Positions 19,532 to 30,206 of a stretch of DNA of 64,000 bases are shown in pieces; position 1 is the stretch's first letter, and each line of letters starts with the position of its first letter. The position numbers were made by a program, and so were the translations under genes. Source of the stretch: Bdellovibrionales bacterium (lineage in GTDB: Bacteria; Bdellovibrionota; Bdellovibrionia; Bdellovibrionales; JAUICD01); contig OZ253553.1 in NCBI GenBank assembly GCA_965262715.1, forward strand, positions 1,728,001 to 1,792,000, read 5' to 3'. Under the pieces are notes generated by a model. It searched no databases. It was given only the letters and a program-made list of their open reading frames with translations, and had not been told where the DNA came from.

Positions 19532-20122
19532 ATGAAAACAAAGCTGTATCACAGATTTATTGTATTCATTAGCCTACTTTTTATAAGCATGGGCTTATTT
19601 CTTATTATCGGCTTATTTAATAATTCTTTTTATACTTTAGATGTTATTTTCTCTCACTTTTTTCAATCAAAAACAGAGCAGTCTAAGTTAAACCCACTCA
19701 TAAGCCAAATTCAGGATACTTCTGGCAAAATACAGTCTCTTATAGATGTTAAGGGAGATATCACTCTTATTTCTTTTTGGGCTTCTTGGTGTGGGCCGTG
19801 CCGTGTTGAATTGCCGACCTTATCAACACTTCATCAGCATCTTAAAGATAAGGGTCTTCGTATTTTAGCCATTAGCGTTGATGATAAGACAATCACTCAA
19901 GAAGAGCTGAATCGCTTTTGGCAGACAATGGGCTTACCTTTTCCTTTCTTTTTTGACTTTGAAAAGCAAGCCTCTAAAGCCTTTAATGTTCAATCATTGC
20001 CAATGCACTTTATCTTAAATCAGAGTGGAGAGATCGTTATTACAGCGAGTGGAGTTAATGATTGGAGTCATCCAAAAAATGTTCAAATAATTCAAAATCT
20101 TTTAGATCAAAATACTATGTAA
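19532..20122 (+). CDS. TlpA/ResA-like disulfide reductase
   Basis: N-terminal TM helix, FWASWCGPC. Confidence 0.9.
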   Translation: MKTKLYHRFIVFISLLFISMGLFLIIGLFNNSFYTLDVIFSHFFQSKTEQSKLNPLISQIQDTSGKIQSLIDVKGDITLISFWASWCGPCRVELPTLSTLHQHLKDKGLRILAISVDDKTITQEELNRFWQTMGLPFPFFFDFEKQASKAFNVQSLPMHFILNQSGEIVITASGVNDWSHPKNVQIIQNLLDQNTM

Positions 20123-20412
20123 TATGTATATCTGATGTAGATATGTATCAAGGAAGGAGAGGCCTTGTTGCGCAGGTATAATCTAAATAGTCTATGACAG
20201 GCTTATAAGATTAAATCCTTAAATTTGATATTAATGCGACAAGTTTAGAAAGATGTATAAATAGTGACAAAAAAAGTCCTCTATGAACAAAAAATGTATG
20301 TTTTTCAATCCTCATCTATAAATTTAGATTCTTAAATCAAATATAATGACACTTAAAACTTGTATTTGCCTTATTTCAATATAATTCAAAATAATTTTGC
20401 AAAAATGTCAAT

Positions 20413-20428
20413 AGGCATAAAACTTGCT
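20413..20428 (+). promoter_or_regulatory. Sigma54 -24/-12 promoter candidate
   Basis: AGGCATAAAACTTGCT with canonical GG-N10-GC spacing. Confidence 0.5.
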
Positions 20429-20486
20429 CATTAAATAAATAAGATAACAAGCTAAATTAGCATGAAAGGTTTGAAGGAGCTTAGTT

Positions 20487-20582
20487 ATGGTTTTGTTAAC
20501 AAATAATAGACTCATTATTTTAACTGTTGTGGTTTTTATTTCTTTTGTTGTTGTGAGTTATTATAAGAATCCTATTTTTTAG
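20487..20582 (+). CDS. Putative 31-aa single-TM small protein, not in the ORF track
   Basis: RBS GAAGGAG; MVLLTNNRLIILTVVVFISFVVVSYYKNPIF*. Confidence 0.5.
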   Translation: MVLLTNNRLIILTVVVFISFVVVSYYKNPIF

Positions 20583-20724
20583 GTACTTACTTATAAATAT
20601 TAAGTAAGAGCTCTCATACTCTGTCACTTATATATTTATTAAAGTCACAATTTATTAAAAAGTAATTTCAATATAACATTCTTCAGCTAATGGTCAGTTC
20701 TCTAAAAACTTCTATTTTAAAGCC

Positions 20725-21642
20725 ATGAGTGAAATAGCATTATTTCGAAGTTTTTTTAGGAAACCGCGAATCATAATGAAAACAAGTTTAATAAAATACT
20801 GGAAAAAAATGGAAAAACATAAAGTCACTAAAACAATTTTAACAATGATCATTTTTATGAGTAGTTCCTTCATTCATAATCAAACAATAGCGTCAACAAA
20901 TGAAGGCCTCACAGAGGATGAAGTTTTTCAATTTTTAAATGATGCTCATAACTCTCTTGATTTGATAGCTTAAGAGTCAAATCTTTATTTAGAAAGACAA
21001 CATACTTCTTTTAGCTCTGCTAAAAGCTCGTATTTCATAGCTTTTGATACAGGAGCAGGTATTGGATCTATGGGTGCTGCTAAAAGTGCCCGTGATAGTG
21101 GAAAAATATTCAGTTCTGTTACAGCAACTACCGTGGCTGGTGCTGCAGCGGGAACTGTAGTTATGGCAGTTACTCCTTTACTTATTGCAGGTTCTTTTGC
21201 AGCTATTCCATTAGCTATTTCTACAGCTGTAGGTTATAGTTTAATGACCTCTACTTTTGCAACTATAATAGGCTCTGCCACTTCTCCTAAATCGGAGAAA
21301 AATATTCCCAGTGCTGAAAGTATAGGTGGTGCTGCCTATATCAGTTCTCATTACAGACTACAGTTTAATTATAAATTTCCTACTTACGTAGATGGAGTAA
21401 ATGGGTATGAGTTGTATGGAGGTAGTGAAGAAGGCAGTTGCCTTTTATTTTTTGCTGTTGAAATGTGGTCACCTGGTTATGTCATTAATTATGAAATTGA
21501 TAGCTGTGACCATGAAGAGATTTTTCCAGACACCCAAATTGGCTTGAATCTGAGGACAGGCAAGTATGTAGATGTTATAGACAGGGCAATAGGCCAGGAC
21601 AAAGTTGTGACTTTTGGTCAAGTTAAAATCAGACAATTGTAA
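20725..21642 (+). pseudogene. Exported hypothetical protein split by one in-frame TAA (20971-20973)
   Basis: The 96 nt between the two track ORFs is open and in frame (ESNLYLERQHTSF...GAGIGS). Confidence 0.7.
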
Positions 21643-21704
21643 GACTTAACAAGCCATCGACTTCATAACATTAACATTTTATTAAGAATTGTCGATAATC
21701 AAAT

Positions 21705-23132
21705 ATGAGCAACCTACCAGAACTTAAGTGGATGTCCATTAGATCTATTGTGGATGATCAAGTTTTATCAGATAATGAAGAAAGAAGTCCTTTTTTAAAA
21801 GGTTATGGAAGTGTTATTCACAGACCTCCATTTCGTAGGCTTTCTGATAAAACCCAAGTTTATATTCACCCACAAAATGATCATGTCAGAACAAGATTAA
21901 CTCATTCTATTGAAGCACAACAAATTGGCAAACAGTTAGCAAGGATTTTTTGTAAAGAGATGAATATCACAAAATACAAAGTAGATGGTAGAGAAAGAGA
22001 TAACTTCTATCAAGATTTTGAAGACCTAACAGCTTCTGCCTGTTTAGCTCACGATATGGGGCACCCGCCTTTTGGTCATACAGGAGAAGAAGCTTTGCAA
22101 GAGGCTATGAAAGAGGCTATGAATGACTTGAAAACTACATTTGAATCTAATAAACAAAATATCAGATTGCTTTTAGGTCTAGGTTTTAAAAAACCATATA
22201 ATATCCCTTATGCCCTTCTTGATGCCGTGATGAAGTATAAATGTAAAGACTCTGGCACTGATGAAAAGAAATACCCTGGTTACTATGAAGGCGAAGAAGA
22301 GAAAAATAAAGTTGAAAAAATTATAGAAACTACAGGATTAAAAGATGTAAGACATCCTGCTTGTTATCTCATGGAGGCTGCTGACGATATTGCTTATATA
22401 TGTGGAGATATTGAAGATAGTATAAGACTAGAAGATTCTGATCAGATCAATAAAGCAGACTTGATAAAAATAAATAAACAACAGCTTATAGAAAAGTTAG
22501 AAGGTATTCCCACAGGACAAGATAATAAAGACTGGAAATTATTGATTAAAGATAATGGTAATGAAGTCAACCATCATCCACATGAAATTACAGCTTATGT
22601 GATGAGAGCCTTAATGCACCATTGCTACAATGTTATGAAGTCTCTTGAGTTAAGAGAAATCTTTGAAAAAGCAAATGATCAGTTTCCTTCAAAATTAAAA
22701 GATAAAATATCTCATATTCAACATAATAAAGAAAAGCTCAACCTTTTGTATTGCAATAGTAAACCTAATGATGGAATAGGAGATAAAGTTCATAAACTAA
22801 AGAGGTGGCTCTACAAGGATAATATTTTAAAGTCATCTCTTGTAGCAAAAGAGCGTCTTTCTGCTAAAAAAACTGTTAAAGATTTATTTGAAGTTCTATT
22901 TAATGGCCTCAAAGAAGTTGAACCATCAGATATTGAAAAAGATCTTACATTTTTAATATTTACCTCTCAGAATCAAAAGAGAATTAAAAGGATTGTTAAT
23001 GAAAACAGTGATAAAAAAGAAGCAAGAATAGCTAGATTTGTTTGTGATTACATTTCTGGAATGACAGACTCTTTTGCAATTGACCTTTGGAAAAAACTCA
23101 AAACTCCTCTTACACTCAAAAAAGACTTTTAA
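21705..23132 (+). CDS. dgt: dGTP triphosphohydrolase (HD family)
   Basis: FRRLSDKTQV, RTRLTHS, LAHDMGHPPFGH, MEAADDIAY, DYISGMTD. Confidence 0.9.
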   Translation: MSNLPELKWMSIRSIVDDQVLSDNEERSPFLKGYGSVIHRPPFRRLSDKTQVYIHPQNDHVRTRLTHSIEAQQIGKQLARIFCKEMNITKYKVDGRERDNFYQDFEDLTASACLAHDMGHPPFGHTGEEALQEAMKEAMNDLKTTFESNKQNIRLLLGLGFKKPYNIPYALLDAVMKYKCKDSGTDEKKYPGYYEGEEEKNKVEKIIETTGLKDVRHPACYLMEAADDIAYICGDIEDSIRLEDSDQINKADLIKINKQQLIEKLEGIPTGQDNKDWKLLIKDNGNEVNHHPHEITAYVMRALMHHCYNVMKSLELREIFEKANDQFPSKLKDKISHIQHNKEKLNLLYCNSKPNDGIGDKVHKLKRWLYKDNILKSSLVAKERLSAKKTVKDLFEVLFNGLKEVEPSDIEKDLTFLIFTSQNQKRIKRIVNENSDKKEARIARFVCDYISGMTDSFAIDLWKKLKTPLTLKKDF

Positions 23133-23289
23133 AAATGTTTTATAATAAGACAATGGCTCATTATGAGACAATCCTATCAAGGTAGAGAGGCATGGCTATT
23201 ATCAAGCAGGTCTTTTATTTTAAGTAAAAATGCCATATAATGATTGTAGATTCATAAAACAACAATAAGCTTCACAAAAGGCATAAAAG

Positions 23290-24009
23290 ATGAAAATAAA
23301 TAATAATTCAAAGAAATTAAGATCGCTACCGGTATTGATAATAATGAGAGGTAAAATGTCACTAAGATACTTTTTAAAGAGTTATTACCGTCAGGTTGGT
23401 TTTTCTTTAACTGAGCTTATGACTGTGGTTGCCATTATTGGGATACTAGCTAGTATTGCCGTCCCTCAATATGCCAAATATCAGAGAAAAGCTCGACAAA
23501 CTGAAGCAAAACTTATGTTAAGTGGTATTTATACATCAAATATGAGTTTTAACGCAGAATGGGGGTATTCCACTCCTAATTTATATCAAATGGGTTTCTC
23601 ACCAAGTGGGAATATTATTTACAATGTAGGGTTTAGGAGTGAAATTCCTACTTCTGGTAGCAAAAAAATCAACGACGCCACTGAAGCTAACAGGCCTACT
23701 GATTATGATGGGCCTCCTCCTCCTCCGGATGATGGGGGCATCACTGGAGTAAGCCTTATAGATACCAAAATTCTTTGTGGAGATCTAAGTGGCACTCCTC
23801 CAGGTTATGTGTCAGGTTGTGCTTTTTCACCAACGACTCTTAATGTAGATATGCCTAACGATGCAGAGGTGGATAATAGTGCTGATAAATATAGTCCAAA
23901 GTTTGTTATTATGGCTGTGGGGCATCTTGGGGGCGCAGACCGAGATGAATGGAAATATGAAATAGATGATTCGACAAAAACTATGACAAATGAAAAAAGT
24001 GGTTTATAG
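23290..24009 (+). CDS. Type IV pilin paralog (start may be MSLRY)
   Basis: [28 protein letters not shown]-terminal KSGL shared with the 567-1265 pilin. Confidence 0.9.
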   Translation: MKINNNSKKLRSLPVLIIMRGKMSLRYFLKSYYRQVGFSLTELMTVVAIIGILASIAVPQYAKYQRKARQTEAKLMLSGIYTSNMSFNAEWGYSTPNLYQMGFSPSGNIIYNVGFRSEIPTSGSKKINDATEANRPTDYDGPPPPPDDGGITGVSLIDTKILCGDLSGTPPGYVSGCAFSPTTLNVDMPNDAEVDNSADKYSPKFVIMAVGHLGGADRDEWKYEIDDSTKTMTNEKSGL

Positions 24010-24349
24010 GTCTTAGTAATTCATTTTAAAAACCAAAAAACCATGAATTTATTATAAATAACTGTATTACCAAGTACTTCTTCAGGCAATCAGTGTACAT
24101 CCAAGGACATATATGTACATGTTGAGATATAGGTAACTGTTCCAAGGAACTACTGTTAGTCTGTCGTATTGCCATATCCCGGGATAATAATTTGCTATTT
24201 AACTTTTAACTCACAAAAGCGAAATGTAAAACTATATTTTGAGATGGGCTTCTAAAAGGAATAGATAGAACTCTTTAAGAACATATTTTTAAAAATAGCT
24301 TGAAATCATCTGAATATATGCAAAAATGATGTAGAAAAGGTGATAAAAA

Positions 24350-25141
24350 ATGGCTATTTTTAAATTGATTATCAAAAAATATGCTTTTTATCCATTTTGC
24401 TTATCATTATTTTTACTAACTATTTTATTTCATACAGGTTGCAGTCATAAAGATAAGAAAAGAAAACGTCAGGCGACAGACCTGCATTTGAACTTAGGTA
24501 GTCAATTTTTAAGTTCAGGAAACTACCCAGCCGCTTTTCGAGAACTAAGCCGTGCTAAAGAGCTACATCCTTATGATCCTGTTGTTTACAATCTTTTAGG
24601 GCTCACGTATGCAGCACGTAAGAGGTTTCAGCTTGCAGAATCTTCTTTTAAAAAAGCAATAGAGTTGGATCCAGAATATTCAGAAGCTAGAAACAACTTA
24701 GGTCGTCTTTATATTAAGTTGAGAAGATACCCTAGTGCTATTACAGAAATTAAAAAAGCCATAGAAGATCTGAAATATCATGCACCAGAAAGAAGTCATG
24801 CTAATTTAGGTTTAGTTTATTATAAAATGAAAGATTGGCCTTTAGCGGAAAAAAGTTTTGCTACATCTATTGAATTAAATAACAAATACTGTCAGGGCCA
24901 CATCTATTATGGGAGAACTCTTTTAAAACAAGAAAAGTTTAAAAAAGCTTCTAGAACTTTTGATACAGCTATTGAATTTTGTGATAATTTTGATGTACCT
25001 TTTTATTATAGTGCTTTGAGTTATTTATATGCAGGTTCTCAAAAAACAGCCAAATCCAGGTTTGAAGATCTTTTAATGATCTATCCAAATAGTAAGTATC
25101 GTTATAAGACTTATGCCCATCTTAAGAAACTTGAAAAGTAA
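24350..25141 (+). CDS. TPR lipoprotein, type IV pilus secretin pilotin (Tgl/PilF/PilW-like)
   Basis: Lipobox HTGC; multiple TPRs (YNLLGL, ARNNLG, HANLG); next to a pilin. Confidence 0.8.
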   Translation: MAIFKLIIKKYAFYPFCLSLFLLTILFHTGCSHKDKKRKRQATDLHLNLGSQFLSSGNYPAAFRELSRAKELHPYDPVVYNLLGLTYAARKRFQLAESSFKKAIELDPEYSEARNNLGRLYIKLRRYPSAITEIKKAIEDLKYHAPERSHANLGLVYYKMKDWPLAEKSFATSIELNNKYCQGHIYYGRTLLKQEKFKKASRTFDTAIEFCDNFDVPFYYSALSYLYAGSQKTAKSRFEDLLMIYPNSKYRYKTYAHLKKLEK

Positions 25142-25360
25142 AAAATAATAAAGAGAAATGGAATTTGAAGGTATTTGAGGTTTCTTCTGCTTTTGCTAAC
25201 AAATGAAACTATAAACATAAGTTAAGCTCTTGAACTAAAAGTCATTACAGAACTAAATTTGAAGGCTTTAGCTACTTTAATTGACTTTGGTACTGTAGTT
25301 TAGTAAAATTTAGGAGGCAATAGCCTTATAAACCTAATAAGTTTTAAAAAGGGAATAAAA

Positions 25361-25528
25361 ATGTTGAAATGGATATTTGGTTTTTTATTTGGCAGGTCAC
25401 CTAAAATCATATTTACTGATAAAGGCCAAGTTCGTCATCAACATCCGGAGAGTTACTGGGAAAAGTGGAAAAATCGTTTTTCCCAGGACTCAACCTATAA
25501 TTGGAAAAATCACTCTGGAATGACATAA
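25361..25528 (+). CDS. Small hypothetical protein, 55 aa, not in the ORF track
   Basis: AAGGGA RBS; MLKWIFGFLFGRSPKIIFTDKGQVRHQHPESYWEKWKNRF...HSGMT*. Confidence 0.6.
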   Translation: MLKWIFGFLFGRSPKIIFTDKGQVRHQHPESYWEKWKNRFSQDSTYNWKNHSGMT

Positions 25529-25818
25529 AAATGAAGGGCATCTTCCTCTTCATATATGCATCTTCGATCTATTATTTATTTTTAAATTCAAAATCATGAG
25601 ATTAGCTGAGAAGGTTAGTCTTTTCCATTCTTGTCATTGGATTTTACTCTTTTCTTGTCTAGCTTTAAAAATGGTGCTATTAAATTGGAAAATTGGATTG
25701 AAATGATAATGAGCAAATTTTTGAAGTGATGACCATTTACCCACAATGAAAACTATCTTTGGTCATTGCTGGAAGATCGCCAGAGGTTATTTTTTGAGGA
25801 AATTAAATGAAAGGATAA

Positions 25819-26733
25819 GTGTTGGAGCAGAATCCTATTAAAGATATCTTAAGTTGGTATGGAGCAGATTGTCCAGGTGTATTAAACCATTTACACCGTA
25901 TGTTGACTCATGGACAGCTTGGAGGAACAGGTAAGATGTTGATTTTACCTGTAGATCAGGGTTTTGAGCATGGCCCTGATCAAAGCTTTCTTAAAAATCC
26001 AGGAGCTTATGATCCTCATTATCATTGGAGGCTGGCTATAGAGGCTGGCTGTAATGCTTTTGCAGCACCTCTAGGCTTTATTGAAGCAGGTGCGAGAGAT
26101 TATGTGGGAGAAATTCCTACTATTCTCAAAATCAACAATTCTGACTCACTCTATAAAAGCCAAAGTCCTATCTCTGCATTGACATCTGGCATTGATGCAG
26201 CTTTAAGGCTTGGATGTGTTGCTATTGGTTTTACAATTTATCCAGGTAGTTCACAGCGCAAACAGATGTATGAAGAGATTTCTAGATTAATAGAGGATGC
26301 TAAAAAAGCAGGTCTTGTCATTGTGATTTGGAGTTATCCACGTGGTGAGGGATTGAAAAAAGAACATGAAACAGCTTTAGATGTTGTGAGTTACGCTGCT
26401 CATATTGCTGCTCAGTTAGGTGCTCATATTATTAAAGTTAAGCCTCCTACATCTGTGGTGAAAAACCCAGATATTTATAAGGATATTTCTTTTAATTTAG
26501 ACTCTTTAGTAGATCGCACAAAAATTGTTCTGCGTGCAGCTTTTGATTCTAAAAGGATTGTGATTTTTAGTGGAGGGGTAGCAAAGACTGAAAGTGATTT
26601 ATTAAATGAAATATCGCAGATTTGCCAGGGGGGCAGTTTTGGAAGTATTGTGGGACGTAATGCTTTTCAAAGGAAAAAATCAGAGGCACTTTCTATCCTC
26701 AATAAAATTGTAAATATATATCGAGGCTCATAA
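25819..26733 (+). CDS. fbaB: Class I fructose-bisphosphate aldolase
   Basis: ILPVDQGFEHGP, WSYPRG, LGAHIIKVK, GRNAFQR. Confidence 0.92.
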   Translation: MLEQNPIKDILSWYGADCPGVLNHLHRMLTHGQLGGTGKMLILPVDQGFEHGPDQSFLKNPGAYDPHYHWRLAIEAGCNAFAAPLGFIEAGARDYVGEIPTILKINNSDSLYKSQSPISALTSGIDAALRLGCVAIGFTIYPGSSQRKQMYEEISRLIEDAKKAGLVIVIWSYPRGEGLKKEHETALDVVSYAAHIAAQLGAHIIKVKPPTSVVKNPDIYKDISFNLDSLVDRTKIVLRAAFDSKRIVIFSGGVAKTESDLLNEISQICQGGSFGSIVGRNAFQRKKSEALSILNKIVNIYRGS

Positions 26734-26741
26734 AGGGTATA

Positions 26742-28301
26742 ATGTCTAAAATGCATCAAGATAATCTTCTTAAAGCTGAAAAAAGAAAAAAACTGCATGC
26801 TTTAAAAAAAGCAGGTATCAACCCTTACCCTTATTTTTTTGAAAAAGACTTATCTACTCAAACATTTATTGAAAAATACAATCATCTTGAAAGTGGTCAA
26901 AAAGTTTTAGATTCATCTTTTAAAATGGTTGGACGAGTGATGAGTAAAAGGTTGATGGGAAAAGCTGCTTTTTTTCACATTCAGGATCAAGAAAGTCAAC
27001 TTCAGTGTTATCTTAGGACTCAGGAATTATCTCAGACAGATCAAATCCATTTTGAGCATCTTGATATTGGGGATATTGTTGGTCTTCTAGGATTTCCTTT
27101 TAAAACAAAAACAGGAGAGATAAGTCTTCATTGCCAATCTTTTCAAATTATTTGTAAATCTCTTGAGTCTTTACCAGAAAAGTTTCATGGACTTACAGAT
27201 GTTGAAACCAAATATAGATTGAGGCATTTGCATTTGATTGTAGATAAAAATGCTAAAAATGTTTTTAAGAGTCGAGCTTTGATCATTCAAGAGATCAGGT
27301 CTTTTTTAGACAAAAGAGGTTTTATAGAAGTAGAGACACCTATTTTACAACCTATCTATGGTGGGGCTATAGCTCATCCTTTTGTAACAAAACATCGTTC
27401 TTTAAATATGAACCTTTATATGAAAATATCTCCTGAAATTTATCTAAAAAGGCTTATTGTAGGTGGTTTTGAAAAGGTTTATGAACTTAACAAAAACTTT
27501 AGGAATGAAGGTGTTGACCGCTGTCATAATCCTGAATTTACAATGTTAGAGTGGTATGAGGCTTACACAGATTATATTTATCAGATGGAACAGTTTGAAC
27601 AGCTAGTTTCTCATGTTGCCAAAAAGTTGAAAGGGTCAGAAAAAATCACTTATCAAGGTCGAACCATTGACTTTACAACTCCTTGGAAGCGTATGACTGT
27701 GGATGAGGCTATTTATGAGTATGGGAATTGGAATGTGACTGATATGTCGCAAGAGGATCTTTTCAAACTTTGTCAAGATCAAGGCTCTCTTTTGCAAAAG
27801 CCTCTTTCTAAAGGGGAGTTGATAATGGAGCTTTTTGAGCTGACCTGTGAAAAGCAAATTTGGGATCCGACTTTTATCACTGATCATCCTATTGAGGTGT
27901 CGCCCTTAACAAAAGTTCACAGAAAAACGCCAGGGCGTGTTGAGAGGTTTGAGCCAATTGTTGCTGGTATGGAGATAGGAAATGCATATTCTGAGTTAAA
28001 TGATCCTGAAGATCAGTTGCAGAGGCTTCAAAAAAGTAAGAAAGATGGTCTAGCTCATCAAACCTATCAAAAGGAAGAAGAGGCGGATCGCTTTACACAG
28101 CATCCCATAGATATGGATTTTATCCATGCTATTGAAGTGGGTATGCCTCCTACAGGTGGTGTTGGTTTGGGCATTGATAGATTGGTGATGTTGCTTACTG
28201 ATAGTAGTTCTATTAGGGATGTGATACTCTTTCCTACAATGAAGGTGATTTATAATGAGGAATTTTATAATCAACTTGGTCAAATAGAGGATAGCAGATA
28301 A
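26742..28301 (+). CDS. lysS: Lysine--tRNA ligase (class II)
   Basis: LPEKFHGLTD, FRNEG, HNPEFTMLEWY, GMPPTGGVGLGIDR. Confidence 0.97.
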   Translation: MSKMHQDNLLKAEKRKKLHALKKAGINPYPYFFEKDLSTQTFIEKYNHLESGQKVLDSSFKMVGRVMSKRLMGKAAFFHIQDQESQLQCYLRTQELSQTDQIHFEHLDIGDIVGLLGFPFKTKTGEISLHCQSFQIICKSLESLPEKFHGLTDVETKYRLRHLHLIVDKNAKNVFKSRALIIQEIRSFLDKRGFIEVETPILQPIYGGAIAHPFVTKHRSLNMNLYMKISPEIYLKRLIVGGFEKVYELNKNFRNEGVDRCHNPEFTMLEWYEAYTDYIYQMEQFEQLVSHVAKKLKGSEKITYQGRTIDFTTPWKRMTVDEAIYEYGNWNVTDMSQEDLFKLCQDQGSLLQKPLSKGELIMELFELTCEKQIWDPTFITDHPIEVSPLTKVHRKTPGRVERFEPIVAGMEIGNAYSELNDPEDQLQRLQKSKKDGLAHQTYQKEEEADRFTQHPIDMDFIHAIEVGMPPTGGVGLGIDRLVMLLTDSSSIRDVILFPTMKVIYNEEFYNQLGQIEDSR

Positions 28302-28458
28302 AAGGTGGTTGATTTTCTGATTGCAAAATGAATTATTTTGTAATACTTATGGTGATTTAATATGTGTTTACTAATTTATATAATGAATGATATTATATGA
28401 GGTAAAATAAATAACAAAATCAATATCATTGGTTCACTAAAACTTAAGGTAAGGGGTT

Positions 28459-29511
28459 ATGTCAGATATAGAAAAACAATTAACTATCAAAGCATTGTTA
28501 AGTGCTGGAGCTCATTTTGGACATCAGGTCCAACGTTGGAATCCTAAAATGAAGCCTTATGTTTTTGGAGAGAGAAATGGCATTCATATTATTAATCTCC
28601 AAAAAACACTTCCTATAGCCAAAAAGGCCTGTGAATTTATAAAACAAGTTGCCAGGAATGGTCAGCAGATGCTTTTTGTTGGTACAAAAAGGCAGGCTGT
28701 GGAAGCTATAAAAGACGCAGCAAAAAGATGTGAGCAATTTTATATTACTAAAAGATGGCTTGGTGGTACATTGACGAATTTTAAAACCATCAAAGCTAGT
28801 ATTGATAGGTTGAGAAAATTAGAAATTATGAAAGAAAAGGGTGAACTTGAACATTTTGGAAAAAAGGAGTTGATTCGAGTTGAAAAGGATATCTCTAGGT
28901 TACAAGAATATCTTTCTGGTATAAGGGATATGAGAGGAGTTCCAGCAGCTCTTTTTGTAGTGGATGTCAAAAAAGAGCATATTACTGTGGCTGAAGCTCG
29001 TAAACTGAAGGTGCCTGTTATTGGTATTGCTGATACGAATATAGATCCAACTTTGATTGATTTTCCTATACCAGGGAATGATGATTCAATAAGATCTATT
29101 AAACTTTTCACAGACTTAATTGCTGATGCATATTTAGAAGGTCAGAAGGAATTTAAAAAGACACAGCAATCAATCTCTCCTGACAAAAAAGGGTCTGAAG
29201 ATAGTTCATCTGTAGGTGTTATAAAAGAAGCAGAAAAATCAAGTGAAGGTCCTGCTGTGGTGAAGGTTTCTAAAAGAAAGTTAGTAGCTGTAGGAACAGC
29301 AGATGAAGTAGAGATTGATTTAGAGTTAACTCAAAAACAAAAGCAAGAGGCTGTCGATGAAATAAATAAAGATACAGGTACAGATACAAATGCAGAAAAA
29401 AGTCTGGATCAGGTGGAAGAAGATATAAAAGATGAAGTGGCTGACGTTTCGAAGAAAGAAAAACAAGAAGACGAGCAAGGTCAAAAGATTGGTTTTAAAG
29501 AGGATATATGA
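28459..29511 (+). CDS. rpsB: 30S ribosomal protein S2 with long acidic C-terminal extension
   Basis: AGAHFGH..WNPKM, RWLGGTLTN, PIPGNDD. Confidence 0.97.
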   Translation: MSDIEKQLTIKALLSAGAHFGHQVQRWNPKMKPYVFGERNGIHIINLQKTLPIAKKACEFIKQVARNGQQMLFVGTKRQAVEAIKDAAKRCEQFYITKRWLGGTLTNFKTIKASIDRLRKLEIMKEKGELEHFGKKELIRVEKDISRLQEYLSGIRDMRGVPAALFVVDVKKEHITVAEARKLKVPVIGIADTNIDPTLIDFPIPGNDDSIRSIKLFTDLIADAYLEGQKEFKKTQQSISPDKKGSEDSSSVGVIKEAEKSSEGPAVVKVSKRKLVAVGTADEVEIDLELTQKQKQEAVDEINKDTGTDTNAEKSLDQVEEDIKDEVADVSKKEKQEDEQGQKIGFKEDI

Positions 29512-30104
29512 AAATAAGTGGAGCAGAAGTTAAAAGCTTAAGAGAGAGTACAGGTGCAGGAATGATGGACTGCAAAAAAGCTCTTTTGGAAGCAGGTGGG
29601 GATGTTGATAAAGCTATCGAGTGGTTGAGAAAAAAAGGTTTAAGCGCAGCCACAAAAAAAGCAGGAAGGACTGTATCTGAAGGGGTTGTAACAAGCTATA
29701 TCCATGCTGGAGGTAAAATTGGAGTTCTTTTAGAGGTGAATTCTGAGACAGACTTTGTTGCTAGAAACGAGCAATTTCAGAATTTTGTAAGAGATATTGC
29801 TATGCATATTGCAGCCTCTCATCCTTTATGTATATCTGTAGAGGATTTACCTTCAGAAGAAGTGCAAAATGAAAGACGTATTTTAGAGGAGAAAGCTTTA
29901 GAGGAAGGTAAAGACAAAAAGTTTTTAAATCAAATTGTTGAAGGTCAGCTAAAAAAGTGGAGGAAAACAAAAGTTCTTTTAGAACAGCCATTTGTGAAAG
30001 ACTCTGATAAAACTGTACAGGAACTTTTAACTGATACTATCGCAAAGATGGGTGAAAACATTGTCATTCGTCGTTTTACAAGATATGAGTTGGGAAGAAA
30101 TTAA
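29508..30104 (+). CDS. tsf: Elongation factor Ts (short form)
   Basis: LRESTGAGMMDCKKAL, EVNSETDFVARN. Confidence 0.97.
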   Translation: MKISGAEVKSLRESTGAGMMDCKKALLEAGGDVDKAIEWLRKKGLSAATKKAGRTVSEGVVTSYIHAGGKIGVLLEVNSETDFVARNEQFQNFVRDIAMHIAASHPLCISVEDLPSEEVQNERRILEEKALEEGKDKKFLNQIVEGQLKKWRKTKVLLEQPFVKDSDKTVQELLTDTIAKMGENIVIRRFTRYELGRN

Positions 30105-30206
30105 ACTGTTAATATTTATACAAACTTGTTAGGTAAAAGAGTGTTATTACCTTGCAAATTCAATAAGCTTTTATTTAAGTGAAAACATAAGGTCAAAAGG
30201 CGATCA

